Assembly: GCA_003990765.1 (NCBI GenBank)
Contig: RBNJ01000200.1
Coordinates: forward strand, 1 to 36,957
Direction of reading: 5' to 3'
Origin: Jimgerdemannia flammicorona
Lineage: Eukaryota
DNA length: 36,957 nucleotides
Part shown: positions 23,400 through 36,129 of the stretch, piece by piece
How the letters are laid out: every line of letters begins with the position of its first letter
Position numbering within the stretch: the stretch's first letter is position 1
Notes under the pieces: generated by a model
Seen by the model: only the letters and a program-made list of their open reading frames with translations
What the model was told of the DNA's origin: nothing
The model's database searches: none
Made by a program: the position numbers and the translations under genes

Positions 23400-25176
23400 A
23401 TAGTTACAAAAATAAGAACCCAAGTGGAAAAGACTTTATATTGATAAAATATAAAAAGAACTACCTTTTGATTATAAAATCTATTAGATAAAAATTATCC
23501 TCACTACTATCTTCTGAAATTTCTACTATTTAGACTGCTGTAAGATATGTCAACACATATTTATATAGAGATATTGAAGAACAGAAGGTGAAAATTCTCA
23601 TTGATATATGAGTAGCTATATATTTGCATTATTGCTAAAACATTACTAGATACCCTCTAGTAGCCTATTAATAGATCATCCAACCTCAGTATTATAGTAA
23701 TAGATGGAGTCTAAATATAACCTCTAGGAGAAGTATGAAACCTCACCATCACTCTTAGAACCTACCTCTAATATATCTGAATACAATAAGAGAACCTCAT
23801 CTTAACATAATAGTTACTTCAGATTTACCAACTATAGACATACTATATTATCAAGAAATAACTATAGAACCTCCTAGTATAAGAACAGATATATATCAGA
23901 AATATTATAGATCTCTTCCAAAAAAAATGCCCTAGCAGCAGATAGACTCTTTACTATATATATATAAGTAAAACTCATCAACTCTTACTTAGGCTCAGTT
24001 CTTTCTAAATAATATAGAAAATAGATATAGCCACCTACTAGAGTATTATCAGTTAAGTTGCAATCCTATTCTCTAAAAAAGATGAAGAAATCTTAAAATA
24101 GAGTAACTTAGATATAGATATAGAAGATATCTATAGATATTAAAATAATAACTAAAGGATAGTATATCATCCTTTAGTAAGAGATAATATAATAGGTGAA
24201 TATTATAGTATAGCCAGATGATAGGTAAAACATATACTATAGTTATCTCACATAGTTATTACTTATACTACTCATTATATAAATAGCTAATATTTTGAAA
24301 TAGGATAAATTTTGTACCTCTAGGATAAATCTATACTCTGAGGAAATATCTATATCTTGAAGAAATATGTTCTCTGAGAGAATATTTACCTAAATTAATC
24401 TTATTATATATTTTATAATTAGTTATAGTAACTAGCTAGTAACTATACCTATATAAAATACTCCAGTAATAATAGTAAATAAACCTCAGTCTGAAATTTG
24501 CTATATAAGCAAGAGAGCTTGATATCTGATTTTAACTCTGATCAGCTTTCTGATATAAAGAGAAATTCAAAAAGTCAAAGAAAAGCAAAAGCCAATTATC
24601 TCTCAAAAAGTTGTGAGCTTCCTTTTCTACTCTAGTCTACTTTCTAATATAATGAAAAAAATCTGATTTGGTATACTTACTGGACTAAGCCAGAAGAACT
24701 TGAGAAATTCTGTTATATTTTGATCTACTTACTAGAAAAAGTCTATAAGAACTTAGCTACTATCTGAGATATCTATTGGATTCTCTCAAAATATAACAAA
24801 GTCAGTCTACTAGATATATCTTTACAGTGAACCTATTTGTGCAAATGAAGTAGTTATCTATATAACTTTGCTAAATAAAGAAAGAAATTTGCAAAATTAG
24901 CTACTTTGAGAAAATCTGCCAAGTTGCCTATATATTAGAATCTATCATACTGAAAGATTGTGAAATTATCATATTATATAAACTAATATTATTAAGAAGT
25001 CTACCAAAATTACCACATTATGCAAAACTATACCTAATAAGGAACTTACTAAAATTATCTATATTATATAAGTAATGAATATTTCAATATTTTTTGACAA
25101 AGTAACTAGAGGCTCAAGTCAATCTATATAGTAGCCCCCATCTTATAATTTGCCTCTATTGAGCCAGTATATTATA
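23400..25176 (+). mobile_element. Internally deleted Gypsy element D (A/B family): protease fragment, accessory ORF remnant, PPT and 3' LTR at 24188-25176
   Basis: KILIDI...LLDTL**PINRSSNLSIIV protease; AAGAGAACCTCATCTT shared with the ORF in B; end TAATTTGCCTCTATTGAGCCAG is the reverse complement of the LTR sequence near 9491. Confidence 0.85.
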
Positions 25177-26193
25177 ATATATACTAGTGTTTGAAGATAT
25201 TTCTTTATTATACCTATAAGTAGATAAGTATCTCAATAGAGTTTTTTTTAAGTTTAATAAACTAAAGATAATTCTCAAATCTTTTGGAGTATTGTATATA
25301 GTTTGGAAACTCTACAAACTCAAAACTTTATATACTATACTATACTATATTTATCAAGGATATTAAATATATAAAAGACTCAAGTAGTATAGTCTTTTTT
25401 ATAAAAAAAAACTAGAATACAATTTCTACTTATATTTATACTAATGATAGTGAGGACTGTATTTTTAATATTAGTATCTATTGTTGATTTATATTATCAG
25501 AGTGCTCATACTTGACATAACCATATTGCTAGGTGCTACTTCTAATATTTTTAGCCTAGTATATATTTTTAAAGATATTTTACTAGCTGCTCAGTGAGAC
25601 TCATAATCTTTGTAATGAAATTTAAGTAAAAGAGGGCAAATTTTATTAAAATTCAAAAGGTCATATATTTCTCATATTGCGGATTAATGACATAATTGAT
25701 CTCAAAGAAAGTGTGGGGTAAGTCACATGATTAATATCGAGCTACCATCCCAACATTGGAAATTATTTTTAAGTTCTACAAAGAAACTAAAGTATACTGG
25801 ACTGTATACCTTGGTGGACTGTAAATTTTGAGGAGCAGAAAAGGTTTATTATTACACTCTAAGTTAAATGGTATTATCAAACGAAATTGTCATGGGGGCG
25901 TTTTAAATCCGCGGAAAATATTGATTTAACAAAAACCCTCTAAAGATATGAATAGGCTGTCAACAAGCTATCCAGTAATGAACTCATGAATACTGTGAAT
26001 ATTGTGTAAGCGTTCTTTTCAGTATATCACCAAACAAATTTTTATTATCACAACGCTTCTGGCTGTCACGACTATAAAATATGTCGACTTGGGTCGAGAG
26101 CGAGGATGTTCTTATAATTATTATGTTTTATAATATAAAAACATAAGATAATTTATACATCCCCCCTGTCTAAGCCGTCGACCGGGAAATTTC

Positions 26194-27873
26194 TTAATAT
26201 TTGGTCTCTCGCAAGAGCCCATCCACATGAAACGGGACTATGTGTGTATCGGGCTGGGCGTCGTCTGCGACAGGGTAAGGCTTTTGGCCGTAGTGCGAGC
26301 AGAGTGTTAGTGTTGCCTTGTATTCGACGCCGGGGACGAGCAGCTCGGCCTCGCATCCACGCATAATCTCGTCGTACTCGTCTTCGCTGAGGCCGAGTGC
26401 CACGCAGATCATTGGGCGGAAGTTGCGAATCGCAGTCATGACATTCTATGGAAGTAAGGAGAGGAATGAGTCTTTAAAGGAGGAATTGAAAGGAGACAGA
26501 TAACGGTATCGAAGCACAAACCTGTGCGTTCAGCTCGCCTAGCTTCTCATCGGGGCCCCAGTTGAGCCGCTTGGGCGTGTAAAAGCTATGGACGTCGACT
26601 AGACCCGCATTGATGACGTATTCCGGGGTTCTGAAAATGGTCATGTCGACGCCGCGGAGGGTGAAGAGGCTTACCACTGTGAGAAATTTGGTGCGGGTAA
26701 GGTATGCGGTGTGATGAGTATGACATAGCAATGGAACGCAGGATAAGAAAGGAGAATACGTACACAATTCACGTTGTTTTGACATCGCCGGGCCGCAGTC
26801 GTCCGCAAATGTAGATTCGACTGCACGTAGGAAGGGTTAAAAACATGGCGAAAGGAAGTATGAGAATAGGGCAACGTAGTTCGAGAAAAAGAAGGCGAAT
26901 AATCAATAAGAAACACCTACGAAGCTCAACATAACCACCGGGCTTGCAAACCCTCATGAGTTCACTGATAACAACAGGCCACGTTGCTTTTGCGAAAGAC
27001 ACGATCTGGAATCGCTGGAACACGTAGTCGAACGTATTGTCGTTAAATGGCAGGCACTTGGTGGTGTCGGCCTCGAGGAAGGTGCAGTTGGAAGGCGCGG
27101 TTTCCAACGATCCGGCGAAGACGTCGGCAATGTCGGTGCCAATGAAAGTCGAGTTCGGGAATTCGTTAGCGAGCTCCTGTACGGAGAGACGGAGTAGGGT
27201 CAGTCGGGTAAAGCTATTAATATGGGAGAGGGAGATATTTGGCGGGGTACATACGATGGACCAGACACCAGTGCCGCAGCTTATGGGTGCAGATCGCTTC
27301 CTATTAGCACGTGCGGGTATGTTTGTTGGTGGATTAAATGATAGGAGGGAAAGGAGTACTCACCCAGCGTCGAGAACTTTTATTCCTCGTTCCAGGTCTT
27401 CAGTAACAGGTGCTTTGTAATTACTACAAACGGAATGTTCCGTAATTTTTAACAGTATGAATAGCCCAGCTCAGAGTTAACACAACATCAATTCTTACCT
27501 CTGGAAGATGTAGCTAATTTGGGGATGTGAAAGTCAGTAAGTTTCTGTAATCGCTCTGTCAACGACCTTATCATTACACCTTGTCCAAACCAAGTCGCAA
27601 ATGCTTCAACAGCTGGGTCTTCAAAGCTAAAACAGCGTGCCGCAATGGGACGCTTCACAACTCTCACCGAACAAGATAGTGCTGGCTGTTCATGCGACCA
27701 AACTCAGACTTGTCATTCGGTAGCGGGTAAACGGGGTTTCCAAACTTCTTGAAAATGCGACCATATATGGCCTTCGAGTCTTGGGGAATAGGGTCCCCCT
27801 GCGAGTCTTCGGTAGGCGGTTTATCATCGGGCATCTCTTCTGGGACCGGATGCTTACAGCGGCCTTCCTCCAT
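26194..27873 (-). CDS. Class I SAM-dependent methyltransferase (fungal Methyltransf_23/25, LaeA-like superfamily), 341 aa, 8 exons: 27873-27668, 27513-27499, 27423-27364, 27279-27255, 27176-26921, 26820-26764, 26676-26522, 26445-26194
   Basis: All seven introns are GT-AG and phases are consistent (1026 nt). Motifs: [74 protein letters not shown]. Confidence 0.93.
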
Positions 27874-29869
27874 AGAGCGGGAGCGGATGTCTTTGGAGAG
27901 GGGAGAAGTCCGACGAGGATGATTTAGGAATTGGTGGGGTTTGTAAGTTTTTGCCTTGCGAATACATCCAGATTTGGCTCTGAGATCCGAGGTCGTACAA
28001 TCAGATTGTGAATTTACCGCGTTTGGAATTATCCGATACAGTGAGATCCAATTATCCAGAGGATATACAAATAGAATCATTTTGAAACTTAAGGAGAACT
28101 TATCAAGCGTTTCGTGTGCGACAAGTTAATGAATTATTACCAAAAGTCAGCTACGCACACGAAACACTCGTACAAAGTCAGTTAAAGTACAATTCATTAA
28201 ACGTCTATATTTCATTTATATTTACGTTAACTTATTCTAATATAGATATATTTAAAGTATTATATTAGTATTTATAATATATTTAGTCAATCAAATATAC
28301 TACTTTTATTATTGCTTTTAAAAATATAATAAACCCCAATATTAGATGACATAATATTTAGTATCGAATTAATCCCATTGAACTTATTTTACTTTAATAT
28401 ATATATATATATTTATATTTCTTATAATTAAAAGATTTTATTATATAAAAATGATTTTGAAGATATCTAGAGTAAATGTTAAGAAACAAACATCAGAGTT
28501 CCATATATATATAATAAACTTTATATTAGCTATTGATTATATATTTAAAAATATTAAATTTCAAAATATTAAAATTATATGATAATATTCTTAATTTATT
28601 TAAAATTTATTCAAAATTTAAATATTGCAATATTTGATCTAAATTAAGAAGTACATATAATCAGGAGATAAATATTTAATCATAGTATCTGAATCTAATT
28701 TCTGATATAGTATAGTATTATAGTTAGTAGTTACTAATCTCACAGTTATATAATTTGTATAATTAAATAAAAAGCACACCTATATAAACTCATAATAGTA
28801 TAGATTATACAGATGTATAGATCTCACAATTATAAGAAATGACTTATAGAAAAAGAAGTTCTAACTTAGCTACTATATAGCTAGCAAACCTATATAAATA
28901 TCTCTAATATCTAGAGTAAATAAATCTCAGATCAAAATAGTTCAAAGTAAAGAGACAAGAGAACTGGTAAGCCTGCAGGTAGATATACTTCAAACCTACC
29001 CACTTTTATATCTGAGAACTCTGAGGAGTCAAGAAGAGTAAGTATTCAAGATATAAAAATCTGCCATATTATAACTTAGTAGCTATTGAATAATGATTTA
29101 AGATAAATTCCTCACTTTCAAACTAAATAATAAATAACCACTATCCTCCAAATATATACTCAAATCAAATGAAGACATCTAGACAAGATAGTTATAAAGT
29201 TATCAATATTCTAGAGATATACTTCTAATAAGTTAATTATAATCTTTTTTGATAATTTTGAGTAATATACTACTATAAGAACTCTAATACTAGTGTAATA
29301 AGTACATAGTTTATATAAAATTTAGTCTCTGAAGATCTACAAAAGCTGTATTTATAGCTGTAAATTATACTGAAAATAATGATACTATAATATTGACAGC
29401 ATAGAAGATCAGATTGCCAACTATCAACTATATAGATAAAATATAATAGATACTAAAAGACTAACTCAATATAACTTGCCAAAAAACAAATGAAGCCCTA
29501 AATATCTTCTATATCCAAATCTTTCATCAGATAATTTTAACTAATTTTACTAATATTATTAGAGATCAAGTAGCCAAAACAATCTTTATAAAAGAGATTC
29601 ACTCAGAGATAACTATAGTAATATAATTTTTACTAATAGTTCTGAACTTATTATAGAAGATAACTTATACTTAGTAATATTAAATAGCTTGACACCCTCA
29701 AGACTATCTAATAAAGAGAATTACTAAAGTTAGAGATGAAGTACTCAAAGTGGTCAGTATAATCTCACAACTATTATAAATTTAATTATATATATATACC
29801 TCTATCAATAACTATAGAGAAGTAATCTTTTTTCAATAATATTCAGGTTACACAACCTTCTGACAATAC

Positions 29870-32800
29870 TCACAATATAGTTTTTGAAGAAACAAATAAG
29901 TAGCATGACAAGTGATGAGTATTCTGAGGTTGTACTAGGTAGGAGAGTGTTAGTATATTTGACTGACAATATGTGGAGAGGGGTTCAGGCTTGGAGGAAA
30001 GTATGAGAGATCTGTTGGTGGGAGGACATAGAAGAGAAGAGAGCAGTGTTGGAGGACAGGAGATTGGGAGGGTGAGCTTTGTGGATAAGGTAAAGGAGAG
30101 ATAGCTGGCAACTGAACTAGAGAGCTGACTGAGAAGGAGCAAGGAGATGACAATAAATGCAGGGCAGCAGCTACAGGGGAGAGTCCCTCTGGGGAACCAG
30201 AGTAGTGGGGCTAGTAGTATAGTAGCTGAGGGGGTAACTGCTGATGGGAGCATGACAGACAATCTGGAAAAAAAATCTAGATAGAACTACTGATGTTGTA
30301 GGAAGAGTGTGAGACCTAGTGATCTGGCTAATGGTGTAACATATCTGGCAGTGGCCCTATTACTCAAGAAGTCAATCTCAGAGTTCATAGTTATATTGTG
30401 CTTCTGTGGCTTGGTAGTGATAGCAAAAATAGTCTTAAGGCTAATAACAAAGCAGATAGATAGTGCAGTATCTGTTAAGTTCCTGAGGGGCCTGAAAGGG
30501 GTGGAGGTGGGCTTTGAGGAGGCTGGGCTGTTAAAGGATACACTGAAGGCAGGGTTGATAGTTAGAGAGATATGTGTCCCAATGGTGAACTGCCTGAGAT
30601 AGAATCCCAGAGTAATACAGCTCCTGGTGAAAGAGGTTCCTATAGTGACTACTGTAGTTATAGCTGAGTATAGGGAGGTAATCAATGTAGGGTTCAGGGT
30701 CTGGGAAGAGACCTACTTCTGGACAAGAGATATTGACAGCTAAATTTGGTTAGCTGAGAGAGAGGCTACTGGGAAGGCTTGTGATTGGCCTTCAGTAATG
30801 ATTTGGTGAGTCTTTATATATAAGATAATGAGGGTGAAGGGGAGTGAGGAGGAGGAAGAGGACTTGTTGGAGGTGCTGAAGGAGCTGAGTGGTACAGTAG
30901 AGCAGAGGACAAAGGCTGGAAAGGTATTTGTAGAGTTAACACACTTGGAGATTATTGATGAAAAGTATATCTATAAGAATAAGAGGCTGTGGAAGAGATC
31001 TCAAGATTGCAAGAGATAGAGAGAGTTGTTGGTGAAACTAAAGAGAGAGGAAAAGAGGGCTGCTGATAGTAGTGAGGATACTAGAGGAGCCAAAGTGAGT
31101 GTCTGGGCCAGTGGAAGTAGAGAATATGTAGAGGTGGGTCTGGAGGAGGCCAGAAAGACACTGAGTAAGGACCTATATAAAGATAGTACATTTGAAGTCT
31201 GGGAGGATACTTATCCTCCTTTTATCAAACAAGGACCAGCTGGGAGAGGCTGGGTGGCATAGAATATTTCAATGCACAGTGCCCAGCAAGTGCACTTTGG
31301 AGTTTCTGAGGTAGAGAAGGGGGGACAGATAGTGGCAGCTAGTGAGGATAAACTAGTGGATATTCTGGAAAAGAGATGAGATGTGACTGTAAGTACAGGA
31401 GAAGATACTTCAATGCTGGAGAAAGGAAGACCAGTAACTCTAGGAGAGAAGGAGGTGAGAAATCTTCTATAAATGTGCCAGATGATGAATAGCGTTGTAG
31501 CTAAAGAGTTGAGAGAAGTAGACCTGAGAGTGATGAGTGATGAGTATTGGGCATAAATCTTATATGACAATAGAGTAGTGGAGGTGCTAAAGGCAGAGGT
31601 ACATACTTGCAATTTTTCTAGTTGAGGAAGGGTATGAGATCAATAAGGAGAGGGAGGCCAAGCTGGCAGTTGCTACTGGTGAGTGGGCCACCTTCTGTTG
31701 GGCAGAGCATTATGAATTATAACTCTGGCAGGAGGACTGCCTATAGTATTGCAAGAATTTTGAGAAAAAGGAGAATAGAGAACTGACTGAACTTCTGGTT
31801 GGATTGGAGGTGAGGAGATTTGAAGAGGAGGAGGTGGCTGGGGAACATAACTTAGACTTGGCTCAGGAAAGGATGGATGTAGAGTTGTAGAGGACAAGCA
31901 TGACTCTAAATATTATTTCTTATAAATAGTTCAACCAATATTTTTTCTTTAAATGTGAATAGACTGTAGAGTTCAGTTGGGCATCAGAACATTTTTAGTT
32001 AGTTAAAGAGCTTGGAGGCTAATCTCTTTCTTCTGCAGAATATTAGATGTAAAGATGATGTATAGATAGACTGAAATAGACAATGAAATGAGGAAGTGTG
32101 GCAGTTTGGAAGAGTAAGGTTGTGATCCTGGTCTGGAGAGGTAGAGGGGAGATATAAGATACAAGAAGCTGGGGGGATAGGCTAGTCTAGAGAGAGTGGA
32201 TTTGACCAGGTTGGGAGCCAGTTATGGTGGAGTCCTACTACTGTCCTGCTATATATAGTGAGAGGGGGAATTGGATAAAGAGGCTTCTGCTGGAGAGTAG
32301 TACTCTCACAGAGACTGGAGTGGATATTCTTAAAGGAGACTTTAATATAGTCTGGGAGGCATTGGTGGATAGAACTGATAGAGAGTAGAGGACTGAGAAC
32401 AGGAGTGGGGGGTTGGAGATATGAGAGGAAGTAGAGAGGTTGAGTGCTCTGGTAGATGCTGACAGAGGGTTCTGGGGTGTAGAGGGTATATATACACTGG
32501 GCTAATGGTCTAAATATGAGGATTGACTAGATACTAATGGTGGACTGCTGGGGCTTGGATATTTGGAAGTTACTAGAGGCCAAGTGGTGTCTGCATTTTG
32601 ATCACTGGGGACTGTTGGGGCAGATACATTCAGGGGGAGTAGGGATAGGCCTGAACATTGGTATCTCAATTCCTCCTTGTTGGCTGAGAAGGATCTGTGG
32701 AATAAGTGGACAGAGGACATTCAGTAGAGAATGGAGGACTGGGTATAGGAGGGGACCTTGGTTAGTATCTGGTAGGTGAGGTTGGAGAAGGCTGCTTGGG

Positions 32801-35100
32801 TTTACTGGAATGAAGCTAGTAAGGTGACAGGAAGGAGGGTGACTTGGGCTTCTGCTAGATTGGCTGGGCTTTAGAAGATTGGGCTGGGCTCTTGGCCCTA
32901 GAGGGGATAAAGGACTGAAGGTTAATATAAGTGAGGCTGGAGGTTATGGAGCTATAACAGGTGTTGAGAGAGGAGGAGAAGATAAGAGTGGGGGTTTGGC
33001 TGCATAACTTCACTGGAAGGAGTTGAAGGAGGGGGAGAGGCCCTCTTGGTACCTTTCAAGAACTCTTTGGGCAAGGAGAGTGAAGCAGCAATGGGAAGAG
33101 GTTCTTGATTCCAGTGGTCTGTTGGTATATGGTTCACAAGACATTCTGGGCTCATTGAAGGAGAGGTGGAGTGATTTGTAGAGTGAGGCTGATACTGCTA
33201 CCATAGAATACACTTTGGAGAAATGGCACCCACTGCAGACTGATGGGCTGGAGGACTTGGTGGGGCCAGTTCAAGAGGAGAAAATTCCCCAGGTTCTTGC
33301 TATAACTATGCTGGACATGATACCAGATAAGAATGGTTTGCCCAAGGATTTTTGGAAGAAGATGGTGGATGTTCCTAGAGTAATGGGGGAGTTGATGACA
33401 GTTTGTGACTTGGTACTACAGTCCTGGAGGTGAGTGGGGGAGCAGGATCTGGGGCTGGTGACTCAGCTCTTTAAGGAAAAGAGTAGGAGGGAGGATTGGA
33501 GGAATTGGTAGCCCATCATGCTACTGGACATATACAGGAAGTTAGTCACTAAGGTGGTAGTGGTGTAGCTGCAGAAGGTGGCCCAATAAGTATTGGGTGA
33601 GGAGTAGTAAGGTTTTGTAGAGGGCCAGCTCATTAGGGATAGTACAGCCTGGGTGTATAGTATTATTGAAGAGGCTTGAGCCTGTGGACTAGATGGAAGA
33701 TTGGTCTTCTTGGATCAGAAGAAAGTATATGACTATGTACAGCAAGTCTGGCTGGTAAAGGTTCTGAACAGAATTGGTGTCCCTCAGCAGTTCTGAGAGA
33801 TAATGATTAGTCTACTGGAAGGGAGTAGAGCAATACTCATATACAATGGGCAAGGGGGGGTAGCATTCTCTCTAGAGAGTGGCATCCCTCAGAGGGACCC
33901 ACTGTCTACTATCTTAAATACTCTGTCCTTAGAGCTATTGTTGGATAGGATTAGGTGGAAGATTGTAGTGCTCTCTATATTCAGCATTGAGTGGAAGGTT
34001 GGAGCCTTTACAGATGATATGGTGTTTGGTCTGGGGTCGATTGCTGATATCAAGGAACTCCAAGAAATGGTAGAGTGGTACAAGGCATACTCTGGAATTA
34101 AACTTAACTGGCATAAGTGTGAAACAATGGTGTTAGATAATGACCTGGTGGGAGGGGATATCATTGGAACAATTGTTCCTGCTGGTGAAGCTGTGAGGTA
34201 CTTAGGTATCTACCTCTCTATGTATGGGTCCATCCTGCTGCATCCTTAGTAGGAGTAATGAGTGGTCATCTGGAGGGAGGTCTTGCAAGACTGGAGAGGC
34301 CACCACCTCTCTTTGGTGGGGTACATTATAATTTTGAATATCTACTGGCTACCAAAGTTATGACATTTGATATACCATCTGGATGTTTCAGCCTGGGTGG
34401 TGAAGAGACTTTTGAAGCTGGCCAAAGATTGGTTCTGGGCTGGGCAGAGAAGTCAGATTAGCTGAGAAATCTTATCATTGCCAGTGGCTAGAGGAGGCCT
34501 TGGGCTGGTTGACTTCCTGAAGAAGTTGTATTATCTAAGAGTATGGTGTTTATAAAGAGCAGTAGAATTGAGGGGTGATAGCTGGGTTCTTCTGATAAAG
34601 GAGGTCTGAGAGATAAGGTGCTCACTGAGAGGAGCTACCAGGGACTTACTGTCCTTGGTGAGGCTTCCAAATAGTAGACATATGAGATTTAAGGACTTCT
34701 GGTGGTGAGTAGTGGATGGTGCTTACCATATTGGAATTTGCTGGCAGAGAGATAAGAGAGAGATACCTTGGGGCCCAGCAATATAGAGATGGGATTGAGT
34801 ATTGCTGAGGGGTGCCCCACTTTTAGATTTTGATATTAGTGATAGAGTAGAGTGCTAGAGAGAGATGGGATAGGATGTTTGAGAGAAGTGAGACTGGAAT
34901 AGAGTCTGGATATAGAGTGCAGAGATAAGGAGATGATTGTCACTCAGGTCCTAGGTAGTTTGGTAATATATATTATAGAGGAATATTATACTCAACTTTT
35001 GCTCAGGCCACCTTATGGAGAGGGGGAACTTTGACAGTGAGGAGTGTTATAATGTGAGAGAGGAAGGGGGGTTTGTGCTGATTGGCTGGGAGAGTACAAG
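29870..35100 (+). mobile_element. Near full-length decayed L1/Tx1-like LINE: ORF1 about 29960-31890, ORF2 (APE endonuclease and RT) about 31900-35100
   Basis: IFSLNVNRL, LFLLQ, KGDFN, FDH endonuclease motifs; PDKNGLP, NW*PIMLL, VFLDQKKVYD, GIPQRDPLS, AFTDD and VRYLGI RT motifs. Confidence 0.9.
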
Positions 35101-36129
35101 GTACTTAGTGAATTCTTGTTAACAGTTGGGAAAAGATTAGATACTGTGTAAAGAAGAGATAGTGTACAGGGTCAATAACAGCTCCTTTCTCTACTATACA
35201 AGGTTTGATAGATGACCTTCTGAGTCCTGTTTCTCCTATTATTACTCCCTCTATCTTGGGTTGGTTTGCTGTATCTATATGAGTATGGTGGGAGGAGGGC
35301 AATAGTGATGAGTTGCCCTTTTATCAGTGTCTGATCAGTGTCTTCTTCACTTTTTTGCTGATTCTGATACCTTCAGCTGCATCTGGGTTATACTTATTTT
35401 GGTGCAGCACCTTCTTCCTTTTGCTTTTGCCAACAAGGTACTGTCTTAGTATATAGATTACATAGGGAGTCCGCCGACCTTGGACATCAAGTGCCCAGTG
35501 TAGGTTACCTGCAGGTCCTCAGTGCCTGTGGTGGGACCCTCTGGCTTTGGCAAGCTTCCTGGTAAGTACAGTACTGGTGTAGGTGACTGTTTTTTTTCAG
35601 ATATTGTTGAGATGGAAGGGGAGATAGCTATCACAGATAAGTAGAAGGGCAATAATAGTGAACCAGTAGGGTGTCAGACTGGGAGTAGTCATTAGGACTG
35701 AGATGGATACTGCTTCAGTAGGGCCTTTTGATTAGAGCAGAGCAGTTAGATAGTAGGTGTCACTCTTGGCTTCTTTTGGCAATTCAGCAGATTGGGCCCT
35801 GGTCATTGAGGGGGTCAGAGAGCCCAAGGCTACCCATTTTAGGTATCTTGGCTACACTTAACTAGAACCAGGAGCTGATATAGAAATGTGATCAAGGCCT
35901 GCTGGCTTGAGTAGTGGGGTATTGGGAGTCTCCTTCTACCTCATATATAAGTCCTCTACTCAACTCATCTGGGAGAACCAGGCCCTATCCATCATGATGT
36001 ACTTTGATGAGAGTTTTTCTTTACCTGTCATTCTTTTTAGAGTGACAGGGGCTTTTCTCAAGAAGAATATCTCTCTCCGCTACAATTCACGTTACACACA
36101 CTTTACAACACACTTTCAAATCGTTTATT

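Noticed and set aside
26194..27873. Idea that the methyltransferase is a DNA methylase or transposon cargo causing the mutations
   Set aside because: It has no C5-methylase (PC, ENV) or N6 (DPPY) motifs, it is intron-rich, and no element termini enclose it.
27874..28080. Upstream in-frame ATG at 28080 extending the methyltransferase
   Set aside because: The extension has no family-like sequence and covers promoter-like DNA, so ATG 27873 is preferred. It cannot be formally excluded.
28230..29860. AT-rich tract with a possible gag remnant at about 29100-29750
   Set aside because: Too decayed; only a weak FIKEIHSEI hint.
35105..36060. Possible minus-strand gag/protease remnant (IC*...HLLSNC, IEGVIIG...GAV)
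   Set aside because: Motifs need several repairs, so the family cannot be assigned by eye.
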